DNA of 64,000 bases, from IMG/VR virus record IMGVR_UViG_3300046692_000581; one strand, written 5' to 3'. The notes beneath the pieces are model-generated. The model had not been told where the DNA came from. It saw only the letters and a program-made list of their open reading frames with translations, and did not search any database. This document shows, in pieces, positions 27,379 to 37,032 of the stretch. The position numbers were made by a program, and so were the translations under genes. Within the stretch, counting starts at the first letter, position 1, and each line of letters begins with the position of its first letter. The DNA comes from an uncultured virus (IMG/VR IMGVR_UViG_3300046692_000581) (Duplodnaviria; Heunggongvirae; Uroviricota; Caudoviricetes).

Positions 27379-28041
27379 TTACATTAAATCGTCATCATCT
27401 TCTGCTGAGAGATCAATTTCCGCATTGCAATGGGGGCAAAATCCATCGTTACGAGAACGTTGAGCGTAGCTCATGGATTTTTTGCAGCTCCAGCAGTCCA
27501 GCCTTCTTTGCTCATCATCAAGCTCTGGTGGTGGCGGTGCACTGTCCTCTTGTGGCAGGGGTGGACGCTCGGCACCAGGGTAAATGTTCAAGTCGATATC
27601 CCCAGGATGGTGGGAGAAACTTATCTCTCCCGCCTTGGCGCATTCTGTCATCGTTGCAAGGCTGCTAAAGCAGCGCTGCAAGCCGTCGACCTGTGCATGG
27701 CCACCCCAGCACGCCAAATCCCAGCGAGGGCCTCTGTAAGCCGGTGGCTGACACCATAGGGTGAGTCCCTCGACTGTCTGAGCTTCGTAATAAGTCAGAA
27801 GCGCAACTTCCACCAATCGCTTTACCTTCAGGGCGGTTTTGCCTTCGCCAATGGGTTTTGAGCGTTTGCGTGGTTTTTTGCCGGTGGCAGTGCCCAGCAG
27901 TTCATCCATCTTGGCATACGCCTGCTCTGCTTCTTCCCGGCTTGGGATTTTTTCACATGCCCAGTGATTGTCTGTAATGCTGTACCTTGGCTGGCCGTCC
28001 ACCACAGGCTCATGGCAAATGGTGCAGAGATGATCGCTCAT
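27379..28041 (-). CDS. zinc-finger-containing hypothetical protein
   Basis: CxxC...HxxC at the N-terminus; CxxC...CPxC at the C-terminus. Confidence 0.7.
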   Translation of the reverse strand: MSDHLCTICHEPVVDGQPRYSITDNHWACEKIPSREEAEQAYAKMDELLGTATGKKPRKRSKPIGEGKTALKVKRLVEVALLTYYEAQTVEGLTLWCQPPAYRGPRWDLACWGGHAQVDGLQRCFSSLATMTECAKAGEISFSHHPGDIDLNIYPGAERPPLPQEDSAPPPPELDDEQRRLDCWSCKKSMSYAQRSRNDGFCPHCNAEIDLSAEDDDDLM

Positions 28042-28340
28042 TGCTGAACGCCCTCTTCGACTCTGGATTTCAACGTCGCTGGGCGCAGGATGACATTCAG
28101 TCCAAGCGATTTTGCTTTGTTGATTCCATCTTCTACGGTTGTCGCGCAGTCAATCCAGAAGCCGGTGCCGTCGTTGACAACAATGGCAACGGGAGGAATG
28201 TCATCCCCTTCACAGTGAAAGCTGATGAAGACATCTGCACCTGCCATCAAATACTTTTCCATTTGCTTTTGGAACACGGGTTCAACACCCTGAACATGTG
28301 ATTTCTGAGCATCGTTAAGTGAGTTGTTCAATTGAGACAT
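28038..28340 (-). CDS. hypothetical protein
   Basis: GGAGG SD; ATGA overlap with the next gene. Confidence 0.65.
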   Translation of the reverse strand: MSQLNNSLNDAQKSHVQGVEPVFQKQMEKYLMAGADVFISFHCEGDDIPPVAIVVNDGTGFWIDCATTVEDGINKAKSLGLNVILRPATLKSRVEEGVQQ

Positions 28341-28351
28341 GGCCATGCCTC

Positions 28352-28765
28352 CTATTGAGTATTTTTGGCCGTGCTTGGTGCTTTCATTTCCATGCGCAAT
28401 TGTAGGCGCAGCATGATTTTGCAGGTATATCCCACGATGAACAGAGCAGAGCAAATCACTATCAGGCTTGTCAGGGCCCGAGGAACCGGAAGCCAGCGTA
28501 GAATCATTTCTACAGCATAGGCACTGATGATGTATGCCAAGACGTAGCAAATGAGGGCCTTCTTGCAGTTTTTTGTCGGAGTGTCTTCAGCCAGATCTAG
28601 GCTCTTGATGTACCCGAACCATGTTCCACAGAACGCTCCGCGAAAGAAGCCAGTGTCGAGGTTCGCTCCTTCAATACGGGCTTGGGCAATAAGGTATTTG
28701 CGGGCCATAAAACAGAGGACTGCGACGAAAAGCGTACAAAAAATCAATGATACGATAGAAATCAT
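28352..28765 (-). CDS. membrane protein
   Basis: Three hydrophobic segments. Confidence 0.65.
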   Translation of the reverse strand: MISIVSLIFCTLFVAVLCFMARKYLIAQARIEGANLDTGFFRGAFCGTWFGYIKSLDLAEDTPTKNCKKALICYVLAYIISAYAVEMILRWLPVPRALTSLIVICSALFIVGYTCKIMLRLQLRMEMKAPSTAKNTQ

Positions 28766-28791
28766 GGGAAACCTCTTTGGGTGATGTGGTT

Positions 28792-29313
28792 TTAGATGCT
28801 GCTGCTATGGATCAAGCAGTTAAGGAATTTTTGTTCGCGATCAGCAATTTCCGCCTCAAATTCGGCATCCAAATTGGCGATCCTTAGGTCTTGACCTTCT
28901 CCTGTGAGGTGAAGCCGACCTTGAAAATACAGATCATGGAATTCAAAACGATCTTCCAGTTGCTTAAAACTGAGGCTGGACGCAAGGAAAGCGATGCGTC
29001 CTCGGCCTCTGAAAAATGTGCAGGATAGGCCGTTCAGGATGTGTTCCTTGAGGAACTGACTATCCCCTGACTTACTGCCGATTCCCAAGGTGTAGCTTTC
29101 ACCAAACGCTTCTACATTCATTTTTCCAGTGTCCTGGTCTCCACTGAATCGAACGAATCCTGCGGAAATTGCCTTAACTTCAACCCTTCCAGGGAACATA
29201 TGGTCAATATGACGAAGTGATTCGTCATGGGCTTGCCACTGATCGAAGATGATGAATTGAGGCTTTTCGAAGCCAGAAATCGAGAATGCGATGTACTTTG
29301 GGCGATTGCTCAT
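28792..29313 (-). CDS. hypothetical protein
   Basis: ISAGFV...FGESYTLGIGS motif typical of phage hypotheticals; promoter upstream. Confidence 0.7.
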   Translation of the reverse strand: MSNRPKYIAFSISGFEKPQFIIFDQWQAHDESLRHIDHMFPGRVEVKAISAGFVRFSGDQDTGKMNVEAFGESYTLGIGSKSGDSQFLKEHILNGLSCTFFRGRGRIAFLASSLSFKQLEDRFEFHDLYFQGRLHLTGEGQDLRIANLDAEFEAEIADREQKFLNCLIHSSSI

Positions 29314-29525
29314 GACTAACGTCCTGATCTGATATGGATAAATTATATCAATTCACGATGTTTTTGTCAATTAAAATGGCATTTCTTAGAGGAAATCCCA
29401 AGAGAAGATTGGTCATCCATTGTTACGCAGGTGTGGCATCTTCTCGGCGTTCATGAGGTGGCCGTCTTGCTTCCGTGAATGACAGACTATATAATTTTGC
29501 CTTATATTTGCGCACTGAAAATTTA

Positions 29526-29888
29526 ATGAATAAGAAGATGACCATGAAAAATAATGTTGAAAAATACCCGGACGCTCAGGAAAAGCCTCTTTCTGTCAAA
29601 AATCAGATTGCAATCCTGTTGTGTTTCAAGGGGGGATTTGAGTCTCACCACACAGCTGAGGTAATCGCATCAAGACTTCATGGTATTCAGGCCTCTATGG
29701 AAAAAAGAAATGTTTGGCACAGCGTTAAAACTGATTTGAGCAATCAAGTGCCACTGCCTCTTGTTCTGATAAAATCTGGTTTTTTTGAGAAAGAGCTAGA
29801 AACGATTTTCCTTGTTCTGGAAGATCAACCTGTTCAAGTCATAAATACTGGGCTCCAGTTCTTGGATTCTTACTTCTCCGCAGTGTAG
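29526..29888 (+). CDS. hypothetical protein
   Basis: ORF upstream of the LexA-domain gene. Confidence 0.55.
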   Translation: MNKKMTMKNNVEKYPDAQEKPLSVKNQIAILLCFKGGFESHHTAEVIASRLHGIQASMEKRNVWHSVKTDLSNQVPLPLVLIKSGFFEKELETIFLVLEDQPVQVINTGLQFLDSYFSAV

Positions 29889-29938
29889 GAATAGTCAAGA
29901 TCTACGTCTACGTGCTAAATATTTCAGAAAGAGGATTG

Positions 29939-30451
29939 ATGATGAACAAGAATGAGGTGCAAGAGCTAATTTTAGACTTGACGGGCCAGCAAATTTCCAT
30001 AGGGAGCTGGTTGGTCTTTCCTGAAAATTTGGATGGAATGCCTATTTTGGTGTTTGCCAAAGTTTCTAGGGTTGATGAACATTTAATGGTGGTCGAGATG
30101 TACTTCAAGAGAGGTTCGTCGGATGCTTGGGTTTGTGGTAAGGACGTAGAAGTATGTTTGAAGTTGCACCCAGGACGTTGGCTGATTCCCTTTGAGTCTC
30201 TACCCAGCGACTTGAAGTCAATGATAAGCCAACCACGAAAAAAGGTACTGACGAAAATTCAGTCCTCTATCTATGCATATTTGTCTGATTTTATGGCTGT
30301 CAACGGCTTTCCTCCTACTCGGGCTGAGATCTCGCAGCGTTTTGGATACAGCTCAAATAATGCCGCAGATCAGCATTTAAGAGCTATTGCTCGCAAGGGA
30401 TTTATAGAGCTGTTGCCAACCTCAAGGAAAGTTCGTCTTCTAGGTGCATAG
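29939..30451 (+). CDS. protein with C-terminal LexA-type winged-helix DNA-binding domain
   Basis: LTKIQ...NGFPPTRAEISQRFGYSSNNAADQHLRAIARKGFIE. Confidence 0.85.
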   Translation: MMNKNEVQELILDLTGQQISIGSWLVFPENLDGMPILVFAKVSRVDEHLMVVEMYFKRGSSDAWVCGKDVEVCLKLHPGRWLIPFESLPSDLKSMISQPRKKVLTKIQSSIYAYLSDFMAVNGFPPTRAEISQRFGYSSNNAADQHLRAIARKGFIELLPTSRKVRLLGA

Positions 30452-30524
30452 TAAAATGATGGGGTTTGTACAAATAAAAAAACAATAGCCCTGGCTATTG
30501 CTTTTTTCTGTCTTGCAGGAAAAA

Positions 30525-30791
30525 CTAACTATATTCACTTTCCACGAAAATGCCTTTTTTGGCATATAGAAAGGCTTTAAGCTCCTGTTCAATCAGTCGT
30601 GCATCGTGCTCTGGATTTCGGGTATTTACGTTCCAGTTGCGGTTAATTGCGGACTGACTGCATCGAAAATCGCGGTTTCGAATTCCTTCAATTACGGACT
30701 TGGCTTCTTCTGGTGTCAAACCGTTGCCATAAAAGGATTCCAGGCTGAGATGCAATGTCTGGCTAACATGATAATTGAAATTCAGAAACAT
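30525..30791 (-). CDS. hypothetical protein
   Basis: 88 aa, AGGAG SD. Confidence 0.6.
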   Translation of the reverse strand: MFLNFNYHVSQTLHLSLESFYGNGLTPEEAKSVIEGIRNRDFRCSQSAINRNWNVNTRNPEHDARLIEQELKAFLYAKKGIFVESEYS

Positions 30792-30800
30792 GTATTTCTC

Positions 30801-31349
30801 CTAAGGTTCCATGATCCATTGGCGAGATGCTGCGAGCCCCATAGCTGCCAGAACCCCCTCTTCATAGGAGATTTTGTGCAAAAGGATCAGGTGGCCTTCA
30901 CCTTCGTTATTGACGATTTCACTCAAGCCTTTTGAATTTCCGTTAATGACGTAGAAATCGCTAAAACGTACTTGTTTGGATTCTTTGGCCATTCCATTCA
31001 TGCCCCGAGCCATGAGGGTAACTTCGGTCTTGTGGATTTTTGTGCTCAAAAAATATCCATAAGATTCTCTTTTGAATGAAAAAGTTTGGCCCATAGCAAC
31101 CAATTGGGCGCTTGTGGGATGATCTTTCATCAAAATGAGATTTACGAAGCTTTTCATGTTTTCTTGATCAGTGATCGACCGTGTTGCGATGTGTTCCAGG
31201 CCTTTTTTCAAGTCGATATGAAAACGACCTTGAGCAAGCAATTTTTCTGGCGAGAAATCGACCAGCTTGCATTCTGGGTCGATGGAGACATTCATTGCCA
31301 TCCCTGCGGCAATGCAATCCAGCATACTCTCGCTATTCGTGTCGTACAT
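30801..31349 (-). CDS. hypothetical protein
   Basis: 182 aa, promoter upstream. Confidence 0.7.
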   Translation of the reverse strand: MYDTNSESMLDCIAAGMAMNVSIDPECKLVDFSPEKLLAQGRFHIDLKKGLEHIATRSITDQENMKSFVNLILMKDHPTSAQLVAMGQTFSFKRESYGYFLSTKIHKTEVTLMARGMNGMAKESKQVRFSDFYVINGNSKGLSEIVNNEGEGHLILLHKISYEEGVLAAMGLAASRQWIMEP

Positions 31350-31446
31350 GACTCAGCCTCAATTTATGTATGGGTGTAGTATAACTTAAAAACACGCAGT
31401 GTCAATGGTGCTGACATTACTGGTTGGGCTAAGACTGTCGCAGCTA

Positions 31447-32004
31447 TTAGAACCAGAGTCCTTTGTTATGAAATACAATTGCTGAGATGAGTAGATCCTG
31501 ATTGTAAAATTTGAATGGATACACCGTTGTCATGTCATCCTGGTCCGTGGCCTCTATGGCGACAGCACGCTGCTGATTGCAGTACAGGGAATGGTGAGTG
31601 GAGAGGCGTATTTCATGTGGTGTGTTGCCCTGCCCTTCGCGTCCGGTGATATACACATAGGAGGTTATACCATCCTCAGTAACCTTGAGGGTTTTGCCAC
31701 CTGTGTTTGAATTGTGAATGTCGCCAAATAGGTATGTTTTCCCTCTGAGGTTCAATTGTGCCTGGGTGGTGCGTGGATCTAGCAGCTGTTCCGCAAAATG
31801 GTAAAGGCTTTGAATCTCATTTGGGTGGTATGTGCCAAAAAGGCGTTTTCCTTCCTCAAGCTTGAGGCTCACAAAACCTGCCCAAAAGACGGTATCGGAT
31901 TGTTCAATGAGGTCGGACGTCCGGGTCGATGGCTGAAGACTGGTGATGATTTTCAGGCCACGGTTGATGCAGTCAACTATAAGTCGAGAAGAATACAGAT
32001 TCAT
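31447..32004 (-). CDS. hypothetical protein
   Basis: 185-aa ORF. Confidence 0.7.
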   Translation of the reverse strand: MNLYSSRLIVDCINRGLKIITSLQPSTRTSDLIEQSDTVFWAGFVSLKLEEGKRLFGTYHPNEIQSLYHFAEQLLDPRTTQAQLNLRGKTYLFGDIHNSNTGGKTLKVTEDGITSYVYITGREGQGNTPHEIRLSTHHSLYCNQQRAVAIEATDQDDMTTVYPFKFYNQDLLISAIVFHNKGLWF

Positions 32005-32058
32005 GCTGTTCTCTTGAGTGGGCTTTCAATTTGGAGGAGATGCGGTATCGATTTCGCG

Positions 32059-32430
32059 TTACTTTGTTGGCTTCAGCAGCTTTAGCAGCTGATCAAGCTC
32101 GCGGTCATTCAGGGACGGCAGCATTCTGGAGAATTCGATAGCCACTCTGTTTCTTTCGGGTTCGGCAGCGTTCAACTTGATAGGTACAAAGCCCTTGGCC
32201 AGATGGCTGGCTTCAATCAGCTGCCACCACGCCTCAGTGTGTTCAATGATGTCCATGTAGGCCGCTATGCGGTTCAGCAGCGGCTCTGGAGCAGCCTTTG
32301 TGTTCAGCTCAATGGCTGAAAGAAAAGCTGCGCTGATCTCAAGGTCAGATGCCATGGACTTTTGGTTTAGGTCATGTTCAATCCGGTAAATTCGGATGAG
32401 CTTTCCAAGTGGACTCAGGCTTTTCGCCAT
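32059..32430 (-). CDS. XRE-family HTH transcriptional regulator
   Basis: LGKLIRIYRIEHDLNQKSMASDLEISAAFLSAIELN. Confidence 0.85.
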   Translation of the reverse strand: MAKSLSPLGKLIRIYRIEHDLNQKSMASDLEISAAFLSAIELNTKAAPEPLLNRIAAYMDIIEHTEAWWQLIEASHLAKGFVPIKLNAAEPERNRVAIEFSRMLPSLNDRELDQLLKLLKPTK

Positions 32431-32435
32431 TCTTA

Positions 32436-32948
32436 TTACTCCGATGATTCTGCGTCAGCCAATTCAATCAGCCCCATGCTTGTGTGTTGTGCCAGGGCCT
32501 TAAGTCCGTTCATGTCGATGTCAGACTCATAGACATTTGGGATTGTCGTAAACTGCCGAACGGCATTCCAAATAGCATCTAGGCGCCCGCGTAGCTCAGC
32601 CAGCGCAACGGCAAACGGGACTGCTCGAAGGGCTGTTGTGTCCAAGCAAAGAATATTACGATATGCCGCTTCAGATTCCCGGATGGATTGAAGTGGTTCC
32701 AACAGTTCCGCTTCCATTACTGTATAGCTCTCACCGCACCAATCCTCCTCTGAGTTTTGATTAAGGTAATCAATCAACTCAGGCGTGTAGGCAAGATACA
32801 CTTCGGTCAGGTGCTGCGCCAATATCAGCAATGGAGCACTTATCTCCAATAGCGTTTCCGCGTTATCATTGGAGGCATTGCATACCTCCATCAATAATTC
32901 CGAAAAGTAAATGACCTCTTTGGAGATTTTGGAGTTGAGCGTATTCAT
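32436..32948 (-). CDS. hypothetical protein
   Basis: Likely start MNTLNSK right after the WYL gene. Confidence 0.65.
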   Translation of the reverse strand: MNTLNSKISKEVIYFSELLMEVCNASNDNAETLLEISAPLLILAQHLTEVYLAYTPELIDYLNQNSEEDWCGESYTVMEAELLEPLQSIRESEAAYRNILCLDTTALRAVPFAVALAELRGRLDAIWNAVRQFTTIPNVYESDIDMNGLKALAQHTSMGLIELADAESSE

Positions 32949-32950
32949 GA

Positions 32951-33784
32951 TCAACGCGATTCTGTCTGCACAAAAAAGCTGGTGATGTCTTGGATGGCGA
33001 AAACCCGGTTGGCTTTTTTGTCCAAATCGAATGCTTCTAGCAGCCATTGCGTTTCATGGTGAAATTCAGTGTTACCCAAGTAAATTCTAATCGGAATGGC
33101 TTTGCGCACCCCGTATTCACCTCGGTAGTTTTTGTAACCAAAGCTCAGTGGCGGTGCATCAGGATCATGAGGCAGACTGCCTACCTGGCTGAAATCAAGT
33201 GGAACATTGCCCAAGCCGTCGATGAAAACAAATTTGCCGTTAGCTGATAGCGGTGCGAGATGATTCCGCAGTTCTGGGTAGATCGATTGAAAGACCAAGC
33301 CGTACTCAAATATGGCAAAGAGTCGGTCATTTTCTTCTGGACTCAAGGCTTGCTGGTTTTTTGGTTGAAAAATGAGGTCAAAAGCTCGCTTGGTGCTCAA
33401 GCTCATTGACTGGAAGTCTACCAGTGCCGGGAACGAAACGCTCAAATCAGAATGGATGGCCAAGAAAGCATTTTCAAGCCGCCCCCAGGCATTGGTGTGC
33501 GCGATAGATAGGCCATGATGGCTTTTATAATCACTGAATTCCGTGAGTTTTAGAACGTGGCGTACAGCTTCCAGCACGCATTCTACAGGCGACGCTGTGC
33601 GTGGCGCAGAAAGTCGGCGCTCTACAGCAATGGACTGTACTAGATCATCTTTAAGCTGCCAGCCAACCCAGGCTGATTCGGTAATGGCATCCTCATATTT
33701 GCCGTCAATCAAGGCAAAATTTGCATCGCGAAAATACTGTGAAAAATGTACTTCGAACTGGGTCTGATTGGCGTCTTTTTGCAT
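32951..33784 (-). CDS. protein with C-terminal WYL-like domain
   Basis: FGYKNYRGE...R...PIRIY...QWLLEAFDLDKKANRVFAIQDI. Confidence 0.8.
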   Translation of the reverse strand: MQKDANQTQFEVHFSQYFRDANFALIDGKYEDAITESAWVGWQLKDDLVQSIAVERRLSAPRTASPVECVLEAVRHVLKLTEFSDYKSHHGLSIAHTNAWGRLENAFLAIHSDLSVSFPALVDFQSMSLSTKRAFDLIFQPKNQQALSPEENDRLFAIFEYGLVFQSIYPELRNHLAPLSANGKFVFIDGLGNVPLDFSQVGSLPHDPDAPPLSFGYKNYRGEYGVRKAIPIRIYLGNTEFHHETQWLLEAFDLDKKANRVFAIQDITSFFVQTESR

Positions 33785-33868
33785 GTTCTATACTCTCTTC
33801 AATTAAATAGATGATAAATATAGATTGCGAAGTTGTCAATTGAATTGTAATTATTTAGATTTCACGCG

Positions 33869-34444
33869 TTAAGCGACTTGAATCCTCACTGCTTCGCTGT
33901 GAGGGAGGATGCCAGTGTATTTGCTTACTCTGTAGGTCGGCTCTGGTTGATCGTCTTCATTCCTGGCAATCATGAATTCGTTGAGTTGTTGCTGTGTATC
34001 GAGACGACGAACCATCCCTTGGTGTTCGACAACAGAAACAAAGTGCCCATTGTGAATAGCTGCTGACAGGCGACAAGCCAAAAAATGTGGCCCGTGCGAT
34101 ACAGCCAACTGGCTGGAATACAACAAATCATATTTGAAATGATCAAGAGCGGTATTCAAAAGATCATCGGTGCAGCCAGAAATCAGGTATTGGTGCTCAT
34201 GATGAGATGATCGCTCAATATTTTTTACCGAAAGCGCCAATGCACCGCGTGTTGCCGGATGAGGTACAGGCTCAAATGTCGCTTCCCACACGCATACTTT
34301 ATGTAGCGGGCTCAACAGTGAGAGTACATACCCAGGTCCATTACTGGTCAAGAACAGTTCGGTAGAGCCTTCACCATACTTCAGGTGGATGGCATCTCCA
34401 TTGGAATTCATGAGGTCATACGTTGATTTCATGGCGTTTCTCAC
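33869..34444 (-). CDS. hypothetical protein
   Basis: 191-aa ORF. Confidence 0.65.
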   Translation of the reverse strand: MRNAMKSTYDLMNSNGDAIHLKYGEGSTELFLTSNGPGYVLSLLSPLHKVCVWEATFEPVPHPATRGALALSVKNIERSSHHEHQYLISGCTDDLLNTALDHFKYDLLYSSQLAVSHGPHFLACRLSAAIHNGHFVSVVEHQGMVRRLDTQQQLNEFMIARNEDDQPEPTYRVSKYTGILPHSEAVRIQVA

Positions 34445-34491
34445 CGCTTACTTTTTTCAAGTGTAACAGAGTTCTTTCGGTAACTCTGAAT

Positions 34492-35151
34492 TCACTTTTT
34501 TGTCAGCAGTTCATTGATCAACCGCAGGGTGCTTTGTACAGAACTGCCATTCAAAGAGCCTGATTCAATGTCGTTTGCAATTGAAGTAAGGAGTTGCTTG
34601 GACTCAGCTTCTTGATACATCTGATTTGAAAATTCAGTCATATCAGACGTCATCGCGCTCATAGAATCGATCAGGTCGTTGAATTTTTTCTCCATAAGCA
34701 TGCCGAGTGCCTGTTTGGTTTCGTCCCGGCACTCAGTGCTGGTCAATTGCAGGGCCCTGGTCATGCCTTCTGCCGTCTTTAGCTCGTCACGTTTTTTAAT
34801 AAACGCGCTCACGGTTTTGAAGCCCAGCATGGACAGCTGATGCTTAATCTGGAGTCTCAGGATGGTGCCGACCATAGTATCAAAATCAACGACACTGACC
34901 TTTTTACCATTCATTTCTACGCTGACTTCAATGGCCTTCGGGCTGTAGCCGGGCTCCTTTGTCAGCTTATAGACAACATCTCGTTTGTGACCATTGAAAA
35001 CAAAATGAGTTAGCGGGGTTTTGTTGTCCATTGCAGCTTTGAAATCGTACAGCTCGGTCGAGCGTGAGCGCAATTGGCGCAAACGCTCAATCTTTTTCGC
35101 TTGGGCAGCGGCTTTCGATGTACCAATGACCTTACGTGCTGTAGTTTTCAA
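34492..35151 (-). CDS. hypothetical protein
   Basis: 219 aa, TTG start with AAGGA SD overlapping the upstream stop. Confidence 0.7.
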   Translation of the reverse strand: MKTTARKVIGTSKAAAQAKKIERLRQLRSRSTELYDFKAAMDNKTPLTHFVFNGHKRDVVYKLTKEPGYSPKAIEVSVEMNGKKVSVVDFDTMVGTILRLQIKHQLSMLGFKTVSAFIKKRDELKTAEGMTRALQLTSTECRDETKQALGMLMEKKFNDLIDSMSAMTSDMTEFSNQMYQEAESKQLLTSIANDIESGSLNGSSVQSTLRLINELLTKK

Positions 35152-35420
35152 AATGTAATCCTTTTCCAGCGAAAGAGTTGAATGGTTTTTTGTTGCGCTA
35201 CTCGATGAGTGTTCACATCGCGATTGCTTTTGCTGATGGCTCTCTCGTACCGCGTAAGCGTTATCGGTTTTGGAGCCGAGAACGCTAGAATTTCGTTAAC
35301 AACCTTGATTCTGGCAGAATAAAGTCGACTGCGCTTAATCTTTGGCGAGCGCTTAACGTCGATGGCCGTACGTTTTACGGTACTGCGAATTTTTGAGTTA
35401 TGTGTGATCGCTGTATTCAT
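35148..35420 (-). CDS. small basic hypothetical protein
   Basis: K/R-rich, follows a long structured leader. Confidence 0.5.
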   Translation of the reverse strand: MNTAITHNSKIRSTVKRTAIDVKRSPKIKRSRLYSARIKVVNEILAFSAPKPITLTRYERAISKSNRDVNTHRVAQQKTIQLFRWKRITF

Positions 35421-35439
35421 GAGCAACGAAACCACCGAT

Positions 35440-35749
35440 TAAAGAAGGTTGATTTCGAGGATTCAGGGAGCGAAGAATATCGAAAGTTTGGATCGTGCAG
35501 TCGGACAAGTGGCAGAGTCATTGAGATCAATCCTGTATAATTTGGGCTTGATCTGATGTGTCCCATGCTAATGCATCGTGGATAAATCAGATCGTTACTG
35601 TATTGCTTGGGTAACGATCCATGTTCGACGAGGCTTTGAGACCCCGGAGGTTAAGAATGTACTTTATGCATCCATGCACCGGGAGCCGGACTTGGCTGCC
35701 TGCCCCCTCATTGTGTGTTTATTATATTCAGTACAGAACCAAATGTCAA
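35440..35749 (-). promoter_or_regulatory. sigma70 promoter plus ~290-nt structured leader with RsmA-type GGA hairpin
   Basis: TTGACA-N17-TATAAT (35749-35721); TGC-ATGGAT-GCA at 35667-35678. Confidence 0.55.
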
Positions 35750-35792
35750 TCACAATGACTTTAATTCTGTGAGGTGATCGACTTATTTGCCT

Positions 35793-36047
35793 TCAATTTT
35801 TAAGGCCAAGCGCTACAAGCCGCTGATCCAGACGCTTGTCGACAAAATCACACAAAATGTTTGAGAATCGTCCTTGGGCATCTTTCAGATTCTGCTCGTA
35901 TTGCCGACCGTAATAGCCCCAATCGCATTCGGTTTCTGCTTCGGCTTTGTCACGTTCGTGGGTTGCTTTCTGAACATGCACCAGGGCATCCATCAAGCGC
36001 TCGGTCAGGTCTTCAAGGGCTACTGTTTCTTCTGTATCAAGGGTCAT
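35793..36047 (-). CDS. hypothetical protein
   Basis: 84 aa, AGGAG SD. Confidence 0.65.
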   Translation of the reverse strand: MTLDTEETVALEDLTERLMDALVHVQKATHERDKAEAETECDWGYYGRQYEQNLKDAQGRFSNILCDFVDKRLDQRLVALGLKN

Positions 36048-36090
36048 GGGAATTCTCCTGTGTGCTGAATCTAGCTTCGGCCAATAGTAA

Positions 36091-36339
36091 TTAGGTTGAT
36101 GCTTTATTGGATGCGACTACAGCATCTTCGTAGGCATTACATGCCTTATTGAAGATTTTTTGCTCGTGGCGATAAAAATGGGCGTCGTCATATTGGGCGG
36201 TGTAGGACGGAACATTTTTGATGGCTTCGTCCAAATCTGATTTGGCAGTAATCAAGTCAAACAAGGCGTTGGCCAAGTTGTTTGCGCTTTCCCTTACCGG
36301 GGATGGAACAAAGGTGTCTTCAGGATCTTGATAGGACAT
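36091..36339 (-). CDS. hypothetical protein
   Basis: 82 aa, GAGG SD. Confidence 0.65.
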   Translation of the reverse strand: MSYQDPEDTFVPSPVRESANNLANALFDLITAKSDLDEAIKNVPSYTAQYDDAHFYRHEQKIFNKACNAYEDAVVASNKAST

Positions 36340-36373
36340 GGGAGCCTCGAATGGGTTGGGGTATCGATTGCAA

Positions 36374-36688
36374 TCAAATGATTCGAAGAGAGACTTTGAG
36401 TTCTACCGCATGCCCTTCCCCGCGCTTGGTCGCGTCTTCCAGTCCGTACGGGAAGCACAGCTCCAGGGTGCGTTTGGAGTCAAACATCATGGAGATCGAT
36501 CCGGAGTTATCCAGCCAGCCCCAATGCGTGCCTTGCTCAGTGGCTTTGATCAGCTCTACCCGGACAGGCACTGCATTATCTGCGCAATTCAGAACTTGTC
36601 GCTTGCTTGGGAAAATGTCATGAAAAATGCCATCATCGTCTTGCGATGCGAAGAGATCCCAGGTTGTTGTAGGGTCGCTTTGATTCAT
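36374..36688 (-). CDS. hypothetical protein
   Basis: HWGW...LELCFPYG...G.G motif seen in phage hypotheticals. Confidence 0.7.
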   Translation of the reverse strand: MNQSDPTTTWDLFASQDDDGIFHDIFPSKRQVLNCADNAVPVRVELIKATEQGTHWGWLDNSGSISMMFDSKRTLELCFPYGLEDATKRGEGHAVELKVSLRII

Positions 36689-36777
36689 GGAGATTGCTCT
36701 GATTTATTCAATCAGGAAATTATACGAATTTTACGTGAATTGTCAATAGAAATGACAATTCACGCGATACGGAAGCC

Positions 36778-36972
36778 TTAGCTTTGGGCGGTTGTTTTTT
36801 TACTGCTGATCGTAAATTGCTTGCTGACAGGCTTGTCGGTCAGGGCGCTATGCCCGATTTCAATTTCCTGTACCTTGCCGCCAGATTTTTGAAATTCAGC
36901 GACTCTTGCGCTCAAGGAGTCCGCAAATTCCTGTTCGCTGATCGGTGCGGCTTCTTTGGATTTTTTCATCAT
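36778..36972 (-). CDS. SutA-like small RNAP-binding protein
   Basis: LSARVAEFQKSGGKVQEIE resembles the SutA core EEFLxRGGKVQEIE. Confidence 0.65.
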   Translation of the reverse strand: MMKKSKEAAPISEQEFADSLSARVAEFQKSGGKVQEIEIGHSALTDKPVSKQFTISSKKTTAQS

Positions 36973-37032
36973 GTGGCCTCTTAGAGAGCAGCAGTGGTTT
37001 GTGACACGGCTGTCTCTTCATGTCATGGCGTA

